From positions 74,545 through 129,257 of IMG/VR virus record IMGVR_UViG_3300037264_002389: a stretch of DNA of 54,713 nt. One strand, written 5' to 3'. Positions 42,948 through 51,453 of the stretch are shown here, one piece after another. Both the position numbers and the translations under genes were made by a program. The stretch's first letter is position 1. Every line of letters begins with the position of its first letter. This DNA is from a virus. Lineage: Duplodnaviria; Heunggongvirae; Uroviricota; Caudoviricetes. Below the pieces are notes generated by a model. It did not search any database, was not told the origin of the DNA, and was given only the letters and a program-made list of their open reading frames with translations.

Positions 42948-43013
42948 AAATAATTCCTCTGATATGGTCTTAATATCGAGGAATAATTCCTCTTATTAGA
43001 CAAATTATTCCTC
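42926..43013. promoter_or_regulatory. Cluster of four ATTCCTC half-sites including the perfect palindrome GAGGAATAATTCCTC
   Basis: Copies near 42928, 42950, 42978-42992 and 43003-43013 in a divergent intergenic region. Confidence 0.7.
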
Positions 43014-43045
43014 AGTAAAGGTATGATTAACGAAAGGAGTTCGAC

Positions 43046-44296
43046 ATGAAAAAATTCATTCTCGCCTTAATGCTCGGTATCATCCTCTCCCTCCTGGTCT
43101 GTTTACAGGTGGCATTGGGTAACGAGCAGAATAAAGCGCTTGTGATTGCGCCGAAGAATGAAGGTGCTCCTAAGGTTGCTGTTCCAAGTACAGCAACCGC
43201 ACTAACATTCCCAGCCTTATCGACATTTAATAACATCAATTGGGTCTCGTTGATGATTGAAACAAAAGAGGGTGTATTTTCTGTACAAGTTAGTGTATGG
43301 AATTTACCTGAATTAATGTGGGTCAGACCTGGCGATAGTTTAAACACTGTGATTATTAAGGGTGAAAATCAGTCATATTTGACATCAGTTAGCCTTGTGC
43401 AAGATGGTCAACGGGTTGTTCCGGGAATGTCAGAGCGGTTTGAAATAATCAAATCGAAGAAAGATGATGGCGATGTTATCACAGTTGTTACTACTAAGGG
43501 TAAGGTTTATAAGTTAGATAAGCAATTAACTAGTATGTGGAATGGGAAGATTAGAACTGGTATGGGAGTGAAGTTTGAATCAATTCGTCGTGGTACTGAG
43601 TTCTGGGCTAGTCGCGTTATTATCGAAAATTGGGGCCAACAAAATGAATATCATAATCCGTTTGTTGATCCGATTATTGTGACCAATATTTATGTTAGGA
43701 GATATTGGTATTATATTGCGACTAATCATTCCAGTATTAGATATGAGGTTGATAGTAGGCGTGCTCCTGATGTTCGGTTGCAGAGGATTGGTGAGCCGCC
43801 TATGTTCCATTATGATCCGGAGCCTAATGGTTGTTCTAGCATGGCAGTTCTGACGCCAGTTTCAAATGGAGATGCTGGTACTACAATTAATATTACAAAT
43901 GATGTTAATTCTAATGCTAATTCTAATTCAACGTCGTCATCTACTTCTACAGCGACTAACAATAATTCTAATACAAATAATAACACAAACAATAATTCTA
44001 ACAATAACACAAACAATAACTCTAACACGAACAATAATTCTAACACGAACAATAATTCAAATAACCAGACTAATCAGAATCCGCCACAATGTCAACCGCC
44101 ACGTCCTCCGCAATGTCAACCACCACGCCCACCATGTAATCCAGGTAACGGTGGGAACGGTAATGGCAATAACGGAGTGGGCAATGGACAAGATGGTCAA
44201 CCACCAGGCAATCCGCCAATTAATGATGGACCAGGAACAGGCCCTGGCAATCCTGGCAATCAAGGCGGTGGGAATAATAATGGTCGTGGTCGTTAA
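43046..44296 (+). CDS. Secreted protein with beta-rich repeats and an Asn/Pro/Gly low-complexity tail
   Basis: Signal peptide; NTNNN, PPQCQ and GNPG repeats at 43900-44290. Confidence 0.8.
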   Translation: MKKFILALMLGIILSLLVCLQVALGNEQNKALVIAPKNEGAPKVAVPSTATALTFPALSTFNNINWVSLMIETKEGVFSVQVSVWNLPELMWVRPGDSLNTVIIKGENQSYLTSVSLVQDGQRVVPGMSERFEIIKSKKDDGDVITVVTTKGKVYKLDKQLTSMWNGKIRTGMGVKFESIRRGTEFWASRVIIENWGQQNEYHNPFVDPIIVTNIYVRRYWYYIATNHSSIRYEVDSRRAPDVRLQRIGEPPMFHYDPEPNGCSSMAVLTPVSNGDAGTTINITNDVNSNANSNSTSSSTSTATNNNSNTNNNTNNNSNNNTNNNSNTNNNSNTNNNSNNQTNQNPPQCQPPRPPQCQPPRPPCNPGNGGNGNGNNGVGNGQDGQPPGNPPINDGPGTGPGNPGNQGGGNNNGRGR

Positions 44297-44326
44297 TTAA
44301 ACTAGTAATATTATTAATCAGTAAAT

Positions 44327-44347
44327 TACCCACCACAGTGGTGGGTA
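44327..44347 (+). terminator. Intrinsic terminator-like hairpin
   Basis: tacccacca-cag-tggtgggta with A/T-rich flanks, after the 44296 stop. Confidence 0.65.
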
Positions 44348-44396
44348 TTATTATATCACGATAAATAAAGACCAAACATATTAGGGTGACTACACT

Positions 44397-44801
44397 ATGC
44401 TAGAAGCAGAACGGATAACTTTGCGCGGCAAAATTGTTTATGAAAAAGTACAAATCTTCTCGTCAGATGAACAAAAAGAGCGTGGACTTGATGGCCTACT
44501 TACTGATACGCAGATAACATTTAAATGTAGAGATGGAATGTTTATCACGACCACATTCCATCTCGTTCTTGTTCAAGTCAATTATCATCGTGTAAAATTC
44601 ATGAATGAATGTAGCAGAAAAATTACCAGGATAACATTATCAGGCGATAATGTATACACGAATGCGTGTCTTTTACGCAAAGATGCTTACGAAGAACTGG
44701 GCATCCCGATGATTTTTAAAGCTCCTGATCAGTTCGTGTTTGCCTGTCCAGATGGACTGTTCATAGCTAATGTCTTTCACATTGTTAAATTGGAGATTTA
44801 A
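44397..44801 (+). CDS. Hypothetical protein, paralog of 38222..38635
   Basis: Same conserved pattern as 38222..38635. Confidence 0.7.
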   Translation: MLEAERITLRGKIVYEKVQIFSSDEQKERGLDGLLTDTQITFKCRDGMFITTTFHLVLVQVNYHRVKFMNECSRKITRITLSGDNVYTNACLLRKDAYEELGIPMIFKAPDQFVFACPDGLFIANVFHIVKLEI

Positions 44802-44977
44802 TGGTGGATAAATCTGATCTTGGAGTTAAGCTTGATCGAATCTTCGGACTAATGTCCGATGATCAATGTACTAAGGGTAGTGCACAATCAACCAACAAAC
44901 CCACAATGGGTGCAATAAAAGGTACCGCACCACACGCCAAAAAGCAACCATCAAAGAAACTTCATAAACATAATTAA
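44801..44977 (+). CDS. Small hypothetical protein
   Basis: TAATG overlap with the previous gene; 58 aa. Confidence 0.5.
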   Translation: MVDKSDLGVKLDRIFGLMSDDQCTKGSAQSTNKPTMGAIKGTAPHAKKQPSKKLHKHN

Positions 44978-45011
44978 ATCTGTACTGTCAAAAATAGGAT
45001 AGGAGGACACC

Positions 45012-45161
45012 ATGCGCACACAAGTGTTATTTGGCCAGGGCTTTCTAAAGTCGCAAAAGCCGATTGTAATCAATCAGAATCCTTTCCAAAGAATCGACGA
45101 GAAAAAGAAGCCTCTAGCTAAGACTGTCCGCAAAGCTTCTAAGGGTAAATCTAAAGATTAA
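45012..45161 (+). CDS. 49-aa basic peptide
   Basis: AGGAGG RBS; MRTQVLFGQGFLKSQKPIVINQNPFQRIDEKKKPLAK... Confidence 0.6.
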   Translation: MRTQVLFGQGFLKSQKPIVINQNPFQRIDEKKKPLAKTVRKASKGKSKD

Positions 45162-45169
45162 TTTACGTC

Positions 45170-45210
45170 CCGGTCTGTTGATGACCGGTTGGGCAACCTA
45201 TAGGGTTGCC
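45170..45210 (+). terminator. Two adjacent GC hairpins before the tRNA cluster
   Basis: ccggtc/gaccgg and ggcaacc/ggttgcc; no U-tract, so these may be processing signals. Confidence 0.4.
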
Positions 45211-45216
45211 ATATAT

Positions 45217-45291
45217 TGCCTCATAGTGTAACGGTAACACGCCTGACTTTGGCTCAGGAAACTCCAGGTTCGATCCCTGGTGAGGCAACCA
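45217..45291 (+). tRNA. trnQ: tRNA-Gln(UUG)
   Basis: U1-A72, loop CTTTGGC, CCA. Confidence 0.92.
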
Positions 45292-45294
45292 ATT

Positions 45295-45370
45295 GGGTCG
45301 CAGGCAGATCTAGTGATTGCACCAGGTTCTTACCCTGGCGAGCTGGGAGCGTAACCCAGGCGACCCACCA
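45295..45370 (+). tRNA. trnK: tRNA-Lys(CUU), atypical D/T loops
   Basis: GGGTCGC/GCGACCC acceptor, loop TTCTTAC, T loop AGCGTAA, CCA. Confidence 0.82.
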
Positions 45371-45410
45371 ACTTTCTATATCGTTTAGCGATGGCTCTGT
45401 GAGAAAATTC

Positions 45411-45530
45411 AGAACCACCCGAAGCCCCGAAGCGGGTCTAGGGAGGATGGTCCTCCCCAGTGATCTGGGTAGAGGATCTGATATTTAGAACCACCCGAAA
45501 GCGCCGATTGGGGCTTAGGGAGGATGGCCC
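45411..45530 (+). repeat. Imperfect direct repeat of a ~43-nt stem-loop motif
   Basis: agaaccacccgaa...tagggaggatgg at 45411-45452 and 45487-45530. Confidence 0.8.
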
Positions 45531-45595
45531 ATCGTCTAATGGCAGGACACCAGCCTTCTAAGCTGGAAATGCGGGTTCGATTCCCGCTGGACGCC
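45525..45595 (+). pseudogene. tRNA-Arg(UCU) with a mismatched acceptor stem
   Basis: D, anticodon (CTTCTAA) and T arms are intact. The 5' strand TGGCCCA has 3 mismatches to TGGACGC. Confidence 0.7.
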
Positions 45596-45610
45596 TGATA
45601 CATATCTTAT

Positions 45611-45700
45611 GGAGAGTGAACCGGATAGGCATGCCGGAACTGTTTTGAAAGCAGATTGCACCCGAAAGGGTGTGGGGATCATGTCCTCCGCTCTCCGCCA
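45611..45700 (+). tRNA. trnS: tRNA-Ser(UGA)
   Basis: Loop TTTGAAA, long arm, T loop ATCATGT, GCCA end. Confidence 0.88.
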
Positions 45701-45704
45701 TTAT

Positions 45705-45779
45705 TGGGGTGTAGGCTAAATGGTAAACCGCATCTTTCATACGGATGTTTTGCGAGTTCGAATCTCGCCACCCCAACCA
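45705..45779 (+). tRNA. trnM: tRNA-Met(CAU)
   Basis: CATCT-TTCATAC-GGATG arm, CCA. Confidence 0.82.
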
Positions 45780-45791
45780 TTAAACGAAATT

Positions 45792-45865
45792 GTCCTTGTG
45801 GTGCAGTGGCAGCACACTAGATTCTCAGTCTAGAGACGAGAGTTCAATTCTCTCCAGGGACGCCA
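45792..45865 (+). tRNA. trnE: tRNA-Glu(CUC)
   Basis: Loop TTCTCAG, GCCA end. Confidence 0.9.
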
Positions 45866-45866
45866 T

Positions 45867-45940
45867 GAGCGCATCGTACAACGGCAGTACACCACTCTTA
45901 CAAGGTGGTTATGGGGGTTCAATTCCCTCTGCGCTCACCA
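45867..45940 (+). tRNA. trnV: tRNA-Val(UAC)
   Basis: Loop CTTACAA, CCA. Confidence 0.92.
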
Positions 45941-45959
45941 ATTTAGTATTTCATTTATA

Positions 45960-46541
45960 ATGATACGTCTTATTTCATATCTGACCTACTTAACTCTAAT
46001 TAATATATGTTGTTATTGTCAAGATGTCTATGAATTTCGTTATATCAGACAACAAGGGCAAGATACCTATTATGGGCATGGTGGTGCAATAGCAATATCA
46101 GAACAACAGTTAATAACCTGTGCTCATTTAATTGATGGGCAACAACAAGAAATAAAAATTGGGGATCAATGGCATAAATGTGAGGTAAAGAAAATAGACA
46201 AAGAACTAGACATAGCACTATTACAAGTAACAGAAAAATTGAAATCAATCGAAATCCAAATTGATAAAAGTATGGACAAGATAACAGTTAAGATGTATCC
46301 TAGCCAGAAATTCGTAAAATCAGAAGCAACATTAATCAATAAAAGTGGTATTCTATACAATTATACAGCCAAAGGTGGATCATATGGTAGTTCAGGTGGA
46401 GTTGCCATTAAAGACGATAAATGTGTTGGTATGATAGTAGCTAACTCAGCAGCGCATGGATTACAAATAATAGACACAGTGGTGGTTTTACCGTCAAGAC
46501 GTATCTTACAATTCATGAAGGAACAAGGAGATACACCGTGA
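45960..46541 (+). CDS. Secreted trypsin-like serine protease
   Basis: Catalytic triad ITCAH / DIALL / GSSGG; signal-like N-terminus. Confidence 0.88.
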   Translation: MIRLISYLTYLTLINICCYCQDVYEFRYIRQQGQDTYYGHGGAIAISEQQLITCAHLIDGQQQEIKIGDQWHKCEVKKIDKELDIALLQVTEKLKSIEIQIDKSMDKITVKMYPSQKFVKSEATLINKSGILYNYTAKGGSYGSSGGVAIKDDKCVGMIVANSAAHGLQIIDTVVVLPSRRILQFMKEQGDTP

Positions 46542-46855
46542 TTCTAAAACTTGAACGATACACGAATGAATTAGGAATGTTGATAGAGCATAGGTCTGCA
46601 GTTGGGGAACCTGATCCGAATCATAAGTTTGATAAGTTTATTGGAACAGTAGGAGTCGGCGTTGAGACACCGATGGGGAGACATGTAGAGCCTGTTGAAT
46701 TTCCGATTGTTGCTGATAGTCTTGAAGAGGCATTTGCTAAATTTAGGGATTCGGCCAAGAAACATGTAGAAAAGCTTGCAACTGCCGCTAATAGTCAAAT
46801 TATGGTTGCGAATCAGATGCCTAAAGTTCCCAATCAGAAAAAGTTAATTATATAA
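46538..46855 (+). CDS. Hypothetical protein
   Basis: AAGGAG RBS plus GTG; 105 aa. Confidence 0.75.
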   Translation: MILKLERYTNELGMLIEHRSAVGEPDPNHKFDKFIGTVGVGVETPMGRHVEPVEFPIVADSLEEAFAKFRDSAKKHVEKLATAANSQIMVANQMPKVPNQKKLII

Positions 46856-46876
46856 AGCTTTACCTATTACTAATTT

Positions 46877-46951
46877 GGGTCCATGGCGAAACAGGCATCG
46901 TAACTGACTTTTAATCAGTTGTTGGGGGTTCGAGTCCCCCTGGACCCACCA
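46877..46951 (+). tRNA. trnK: tRNA-Lys(UUU)
   Basis: Loop CTTTTAA, CCA. Confidence 0.93.
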
Positions 46952-46963
46952 ATATTATAGCAT

Positions 46964-47050
46964 GGAAGGCAAATCAATCAGGCGATTGACACTGGTTGCT
47001 AACCAGTAGGCACCTACGGGTGTGAGGTTCGAGTCCTCTGCCTTCCGCCA
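46964..47050 (+). tRNA. trnS: tRNA-Ser(GCU)
   Basis: Loop TTGCTAA, long arm, GCCA end. Confidence 0.92.
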
Positions 47051-47071
47051 TCTCGTACCGAGATTTATTCA

Positions 47072-47302
47072 TTAGTCATCCTCATAATCTAAATTATGTT
47101 TCTCAGCGAGCCAGCGTGGAATGTCAATTTCGCCTGTGTCGCCTTTTTTCTTCATTGTCTGGCGGTCGATTTGGCTCTTGGGGAACCAGAATTCAACTTT
47201 AGTTGGCGTCTTATCTGTCTCTACAACCGTGACACCGATTGCTTTCTCTGTTTCGGCTAAGAGGATTAGGTTCGATACTGTGACTAGGTCATTACTTGCC
47301 AT
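47072..47302 (-). CDS. Hypothetical protein
   Basis: ETEKAI...WFPKSQI...IPRWLAEK. Confidence 0.75.
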   Translation of the reverse strand: MASNDLVTVSNLILLAETEKAIGVTVVETDKTPTKVEFWFPKSQIDRQTMKKKGDTGEIDIPRWLAEKHNLDYEDD

Positions 47303-47316
47303 ATGTGTTCAGATAC

Positions 47317-47390
47317 TGCCCCGTCGTCTAACGGTAGGACACCAGACTCTGGATCTGGGTATTGAGGTTCGAATCCTCGCGGGGCAACCA
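47317..47390 (+). tRNA. trnQ: tRNA-Gln(CUG)
   Basis: Loop CTCTGGA, U1-A72, CCA. Confidence 0.93.
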
Positions 47391-47401
47391 AACATATAAA
47401 T

Positions 47402-47848
47402 ATGGACTTCATAGAGAAAATAAACCAGCTACTTGACCCACTCTCAGAATCTAAAAGCCTAAAGGGTTCATTGCCTAAACCATGGGGTGTATTATATGCT
47501 CACCCAAATCCAGATGGTTCAAGGAAAAGCTGTGCTAATTGTGCTACTTGGATTAAAGACTTAAAGCAGTGTGATTATCATGCTTCTAATATTATGGTAA
47601 CTAAAGATCATATATGTGGTTATCATGTTTGGGGTAAACCACACGATGGTAGGTTATTTGAGGACATTCAATATGTTGATCCGCAGTTTAGTGGGTTAGA
47701 ATTAGTATCTGGTGGTACTAGTTGTGATATTTGTGAATATTATCGTAAGACTCATAGCGATGGTGGTATTTGTAGAGTGGCTCAAGTTGATGGTAAGCAT
47801 GCTAAAGTTGATGCTCTTGGTTGCTGTGCGAGGTTCGAATCTAAATGA
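47402..47848 (+). CDS. Cys-rich protein with two HiPIP-like four-Cys motifs
   Basis: SCANC...C...V...ICG and SCDIC...GIC...V...GCC. Confidence 0.6.
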   Translation: MDFIEKINQLLDPLSESKSLKGSLPKPWGVLYAHPNPDGSRKSCANCATWIKDLKQCDYHASNIMVTKDHICGYHVWGKPHDGRLFEDIQYVDPQFSGLELVSGGTSCDICEYYRKTHSDGGICRVAQVDGKHAKVDALGCCARFESK

Positions 47849-47866
47849 TGTCCTTCACTTATCAAT

Positions 47867-48448
47867 TTGTCAAAAATATTGAGAGGAGTTAATATGCTAA
47901 AAGCGACACGACTTAATGAGAGTATTCATTGTCCTTTATTTGATTTGATTGATAAATGTCTCAATGAATCTGATCGTATAACTTATGGTGGTGAACATTA
48001 TACGATAGCCGGAATGGACGCAGATGGTAGTCGAGGAATATATGGCCAAGGAAAGGTGCTGGTTGGTAAACTAAAACCAGATAAGACAGTAGAGATATGG
48101 GGAAAGCCAGGAATAGAGAAACCACGTGAAATTCATCCTCCGCCAATTTCAGGCTGGGAAGTAAGTTGGGAACAACCCGGCACTCGTGGCGCACTGCGTC
48201 AGACACAATTCTTTAAATTCACGAAAGATACTCCTGAGTGTGTCGCATGTGGTGGGTCTGGTAAGAGTACAGAGCTTGATATAGTGACGAATAAGTTTAA
48301 AAAATGTAAGATTTGTTATGGGGCTGGACGAGAGGCAGAGCGTGTGACTGATTTTGTCAAGACCCTTGCTAAACGTTCCTTAGAACCAAAGGTATCGGTT
48401 AAGCGTCTATCTAAGGCCGAAAAGCAGGAATGGCCATATAAGAAGTAA
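47867..48448 (+). CDS. Hypothetical protein with a DnaJ-type Zn-finger pair
   Basis: CVACGGSG...CKICYGAG. Confidence 0.7.
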   Translation: MSKILRGVNMLKATRLNESIHCPLFDLIDKCLNESDRITYGGEHYTIAGMDADGSRGIYGQGKVLVGKLKPDKTVEIWGKPGIEKPREIHPPPISGWEVSWEQPGTRGALRQTQFFKFTKDTPECVACGGSGKSTELDIVTNKFKKCKICYGAGREAERVTDFVKTLAKRSLEPKVSVKRLSKAEKQEWPYKK

Positions 48449-48583
48449 TTGTTAGTTTTGCATCGTTTGAGTTTGTCTAATCCTCTAATCATGAGTCATG
48501 TTAGCTGCCGATTCTATTTGCAATATTTATATATTCATAATTTAATTGTTATATCAGTTAAAATAATGTAGGAGGGTATCTAT

Positions 48584-48886
48584 TTGAGCCATCGGATTGT
48601 GCATCTAGAAAATAGTGATAAGGTGGTGTTAATTGATGAGAAAGACTTCAATATATGTGCTAGAATTAAATGGCGGATAAATCGACACGGTTATGCTAAG
48701 GCTGGTAGTGGGGTTGGTTTAATGCATCGGTTTATATTGAATGGTAAACTTGAGAAGGATAAATCACTTACTGTGCATCATAGGAATCATAATAAACTTG
48801 ATAATCGTAGGAGTAATTTACAAGTGGTCGATTGTGCCGAACACTTGCGTCTTGAACGGTTAGCTATTCTGAACCAGCTTCTGTGA
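48584..48886 (+). CDS. HNH endonuclease (HNH_3 type)
   Basis: MHRFIL...VHHRNHNKLDNRRSNLQVV. Confidence 0.88.
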   Translation: MSHRIVHLENSDKVVLIDEKDFNICARIKWRINRHGYAKAGSGVGLMHRFILNGKLEKDKSLTVHHRNHNKLDNRRSNLQVVDCAEHLRLERLAILNQLL

Positions 48887-49118
48887 TGGCTACTAATCGG
48901 CGGTTTTTCTGGGTAGTGATTAGGTTTAATTTCTGCATTTGGCGGATCTGGCTTAAATCAAAACGATCGTCTTCAGCTTCGAGTTTCGCTTTCGGCTTTA
49001 CAGCGATTTGCCCTGATTTGGTGAAGATTGAGCTACCTATTCGTTCTTTAACGAATATGTTTAGAAGTTGGTTACTGATATTGGTTACTTCCAATGTGTT
49101 GATAATGCTATTTGCCAT
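48864..49118 (-). CDS. Hypothetical protein
   Basis: AGGAG RBS; 84 aa. Confidence 0.65.
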   Translation of the reverse strand: MANSIINTLEVTNISNQLLNIFVKERIGSSIFTKSGQIAVKPKAKLEAEDDRFDLSQIRQMQKLNLITTQKNRRLVAITEAGSE

Positions 49119-49162
49119 GATTAGTTCTCCTTTTCAGATTTATTTTTGTCCTAAATGTATCT

Positions 49163-49252
49163 GGAGAGAAAACCAGACAGGCGTGCTGGGACCACTTGGA
49201 AGGTGGATCGCACTTGCGATACAGGTGTGAGGATCATGCCCTCTTCTCTCCG
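49163..49252 (+). tRNA. trnS: tRNA-Ser(GGA)
   Basis: Loop TTGGAAG, long arm, T loop ATCATGC. Confidence 0.85.
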
Positions 49253-49271
49253 CTATTTTGCACGATATAAC

Positions 49272-49360
49272 GGAAGGTGAACTGGACAAGCGAGCCGGGA
49301 CTGCCTCGAAAACAGATCGCACCCTTAGGGTGTGAGGAGCATGACCTCCGCCTTCCGCCA
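49272..49360 (+). tRNA. trnS: tRNA-Ser(CGA)
   Basis: Loop CTCGAAA, long arm, T loop AGCATGA, GCCA end. Confidence 0.87.
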
Positions 49361-49385
49361 AATCTAATTAAATTAGGAGTATCGT

Positions 49386-49979
49386 ATGATTATGATTGGC
49401 GACGTTCATGGTAAAATTGATCAGTATCGACAACTTATTCAAAATGTTGATTATTCAATTCAGGTAGGCGATATGGGAGTTGGTTTTGTTGACGTACCAA
49501 TAATGCAGCCACAACATCGGTTCTTGAGAGGTAACCACGATAACCCTGATTTGTGTAGACAACATCCAAATTATCTTGGTGAATGGGGTTACTTACCTCT
49601 TCCAAAATTATTCTATGTGAGTGGAGCCTATTCGATTGATAGAGACATGCGAATAGCTGGTATTAATTGGTGGGCTGATGAAGAGTTATCACAGGAGGAG
49701 TTAGGTAAAGCGCTTACTGAGTATGCTTTAGTAAAACCTGAGATTGTCATATCGCATGATTGTCCGGTTAGCTTAATACAGACGATGTTACGTAACATCG
49801 TTACATACCCGATAGGGTCAAGGACGGGACATACGTTACAAGCAATGTTGGATGTACATAGACCAGACGCATGGATATTTGGTCATCATCACGTGAATGT
49901 AATTCAAAAGATCAAAAATACAGAGTTCGTATGTTTAGCGGAGTTAGGAACGTATATCATTCCAGATTTGATGTTTTGA
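49386..49979 (+). CDS. Calcineurin-like metallophosphoesterase
   Basis: GDVHG, QVGD, RGNHD, SHDCP, FGHHH. Confidence 0.92.
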   Translation: MIMIGDVHGKIDQYRQLIQNVDYSIQVGDMGVGFVDVPIMQPQHRFLRGNHDNPDLCRQHPNYLGEWGYLPLPKLFYVSGAYSIDRDMRIAGINWWADEELSQEELGKALTEYALVKPEIVISHDCPVSLIQTMLRNIVTYPIGSRTGHTLQAMLDVHRPDAWIFGHHHVNVIQKIKNTEFVCLAELGTYIIPDLMF

Positions 49980-50034
49980 TATTTACTGATCGATAATTAA
50001 AGTTTATTGAATACCTTGATAAGATGGTTGATCA

Positions 50035-50901
50035 TTGGACCGTGCGAGGAAAATTACGATGAATGATCGAGCCGCTTTGTTAGAAAAAGCCAAAGAGGAG
50101 AACAACGGCATGGATAAGCACGACACCAAATCCGTTGTCAATGATCAATTGCAGACAAACGTTCCATCACCATACGTCAGTATCAACATGCACATTAAGA
50201 GCGGAACGCTTGTATTTGGAATACCAATTATGTTGACAATTATCATTCTTGGTAGCATGGTTGTAAGCTGGGTATTCAGACCAACACCGACAATTCCACC
50301 AATCGAATTGCGTATTCCACCAACCAATTTGAAGGCGGATTTGACTTTGCCACCACAGAATGTCACATACAAAGCACCAGATTTACATCTAAATCAATCA
50401 CCGGCACCGGATATTAATATCACTACACCAAAGAATGACACCCCAAATGTTACTTTTATGTTACAAGACGGTAAGGGGGAAGTTCAAGTAGTTGAGAAAG
50501 TGGTCGAAAAAATTAAGGAGATACAAATTGGTATCTATGTCGATTCGCCAGAGAAAGCGAATATTACTTTTAATGACATTTTCCCTGTAGCTGAAGAATA
50601 CATCAACAAATGGCATGTTAAAAATAACAAGGATGTTAAGATTGAAAACAAGCGATGGCTTGATATTTGGAATTCAAGAATATTAGAACGGGGCAATGAA
50701 CAGACACTTGCTAATGATATGTTAATTGAGAAACGTGATGCGTTTAATCCAGAGAAGTCGAATCCAATTAGCGTCGTTGAAATGTGTAGAATTATGCTTC
50801 GATATAGAGATTCTAAACTGGCGATCCCGTCTTTCTTTAAAGAACATGTCACAGCTGATAACCTACTTAAATTGAAGATAGCGCTTGAGAAGGGTCCATG
50901 A
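50035..50901 (+). CDS. Single-pass membrane hypothetical protein
   Basis: TM segment at residues ~58-80, followed by a Pro-rich linker. Confidence 0.75.
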   Translation: MDRARKITMNDRAALLEKAKEENNGMDKHDTKSVVNDQLQTNVPSPYVSINMHIKSGTLVFGIPIMLTIIILGSMVVSWVFRPTPTIPPIELRIPPTNLKADLTLPPQNVTYKAPDLHLNQSPAPDINITTPKNDTPNVTFMLQDGKGEVQVVEKVVEKIKEIQIGIYVDSPEKANITFNDIFPVAEEYINKWHVKNNKDVKIENKRWLDIWNSRILERGNEQTLANDMLIEKRDAFNPEKSNPISVVEMCRIMLRYRDSKLAIPSFFKEHVTADNLLKLKIALEKGP

Positions 50902-51437
50902 TTAGACGTATTAATCTATTCGCTGGTCCTGGTGCTGGTAAATCAACTACTGCAGCATGGCTCTATGCACAAATGAAGTCAGATATGTTCAGTGTTGAAT
51001 TAATACAAGAATATGTTAAATCATGGGCATATGATGGTAGAGAGCCATCATCATTCGACCAGATTTATCTGTTTGGTAAGCAAATGCATTCAGAAGATCG
51101 TGTATTGAAATGTGGCGTGCATCATACTATAAGTGATTCGCCATTATTCTTATCGACGTGTTACTGTGCCAAATACAACCCAGAGTTATTTGAACCACTT
51201 ATTCAAATTGAGAGGACGATTGAACGCAAATATCCGTCACTAAACATCTATATAGAACGTCATAGTAAACCTTATGTTAAAGAAGGACGTTATCAGACCT
51301 ATGATGAAGCGAAAGACATGGATAAGTTTATATTAGATCGATTAGTTTTAGCCGGGATTCATTTTAACAGGTTTCAATATAATTGTAAAGATGAAATATA
51401 TCAATTCATTCGTTCAAAACTTCCCAATTCTAAGTAA
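50898..51437 (+). CDS. P-loop NTPase, NadR/nucleotide-kinase-like
   Basis: INLFAGPGAGKSTT; ISDSPL. Confidence 0.85.
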   Translation: MIRRINLFAGPGAGKSTTAAWLYAQMKSDMFSVELIQEYVKSWAYDGREPSSFDQIYLFGKQMHSEDRVLKCGVHHTISDSPLFLSTCYCAKYNPELFEPLIQIERTIERKYPSLNIYIERHSKPYVKEGRYQTYDEAKDMDKFILDRLVLAGIHFNRFQYNCKDEIYQFIRSKLPNSK

Positions 51438-51453
51438 TTAAGTAATTAATTAT

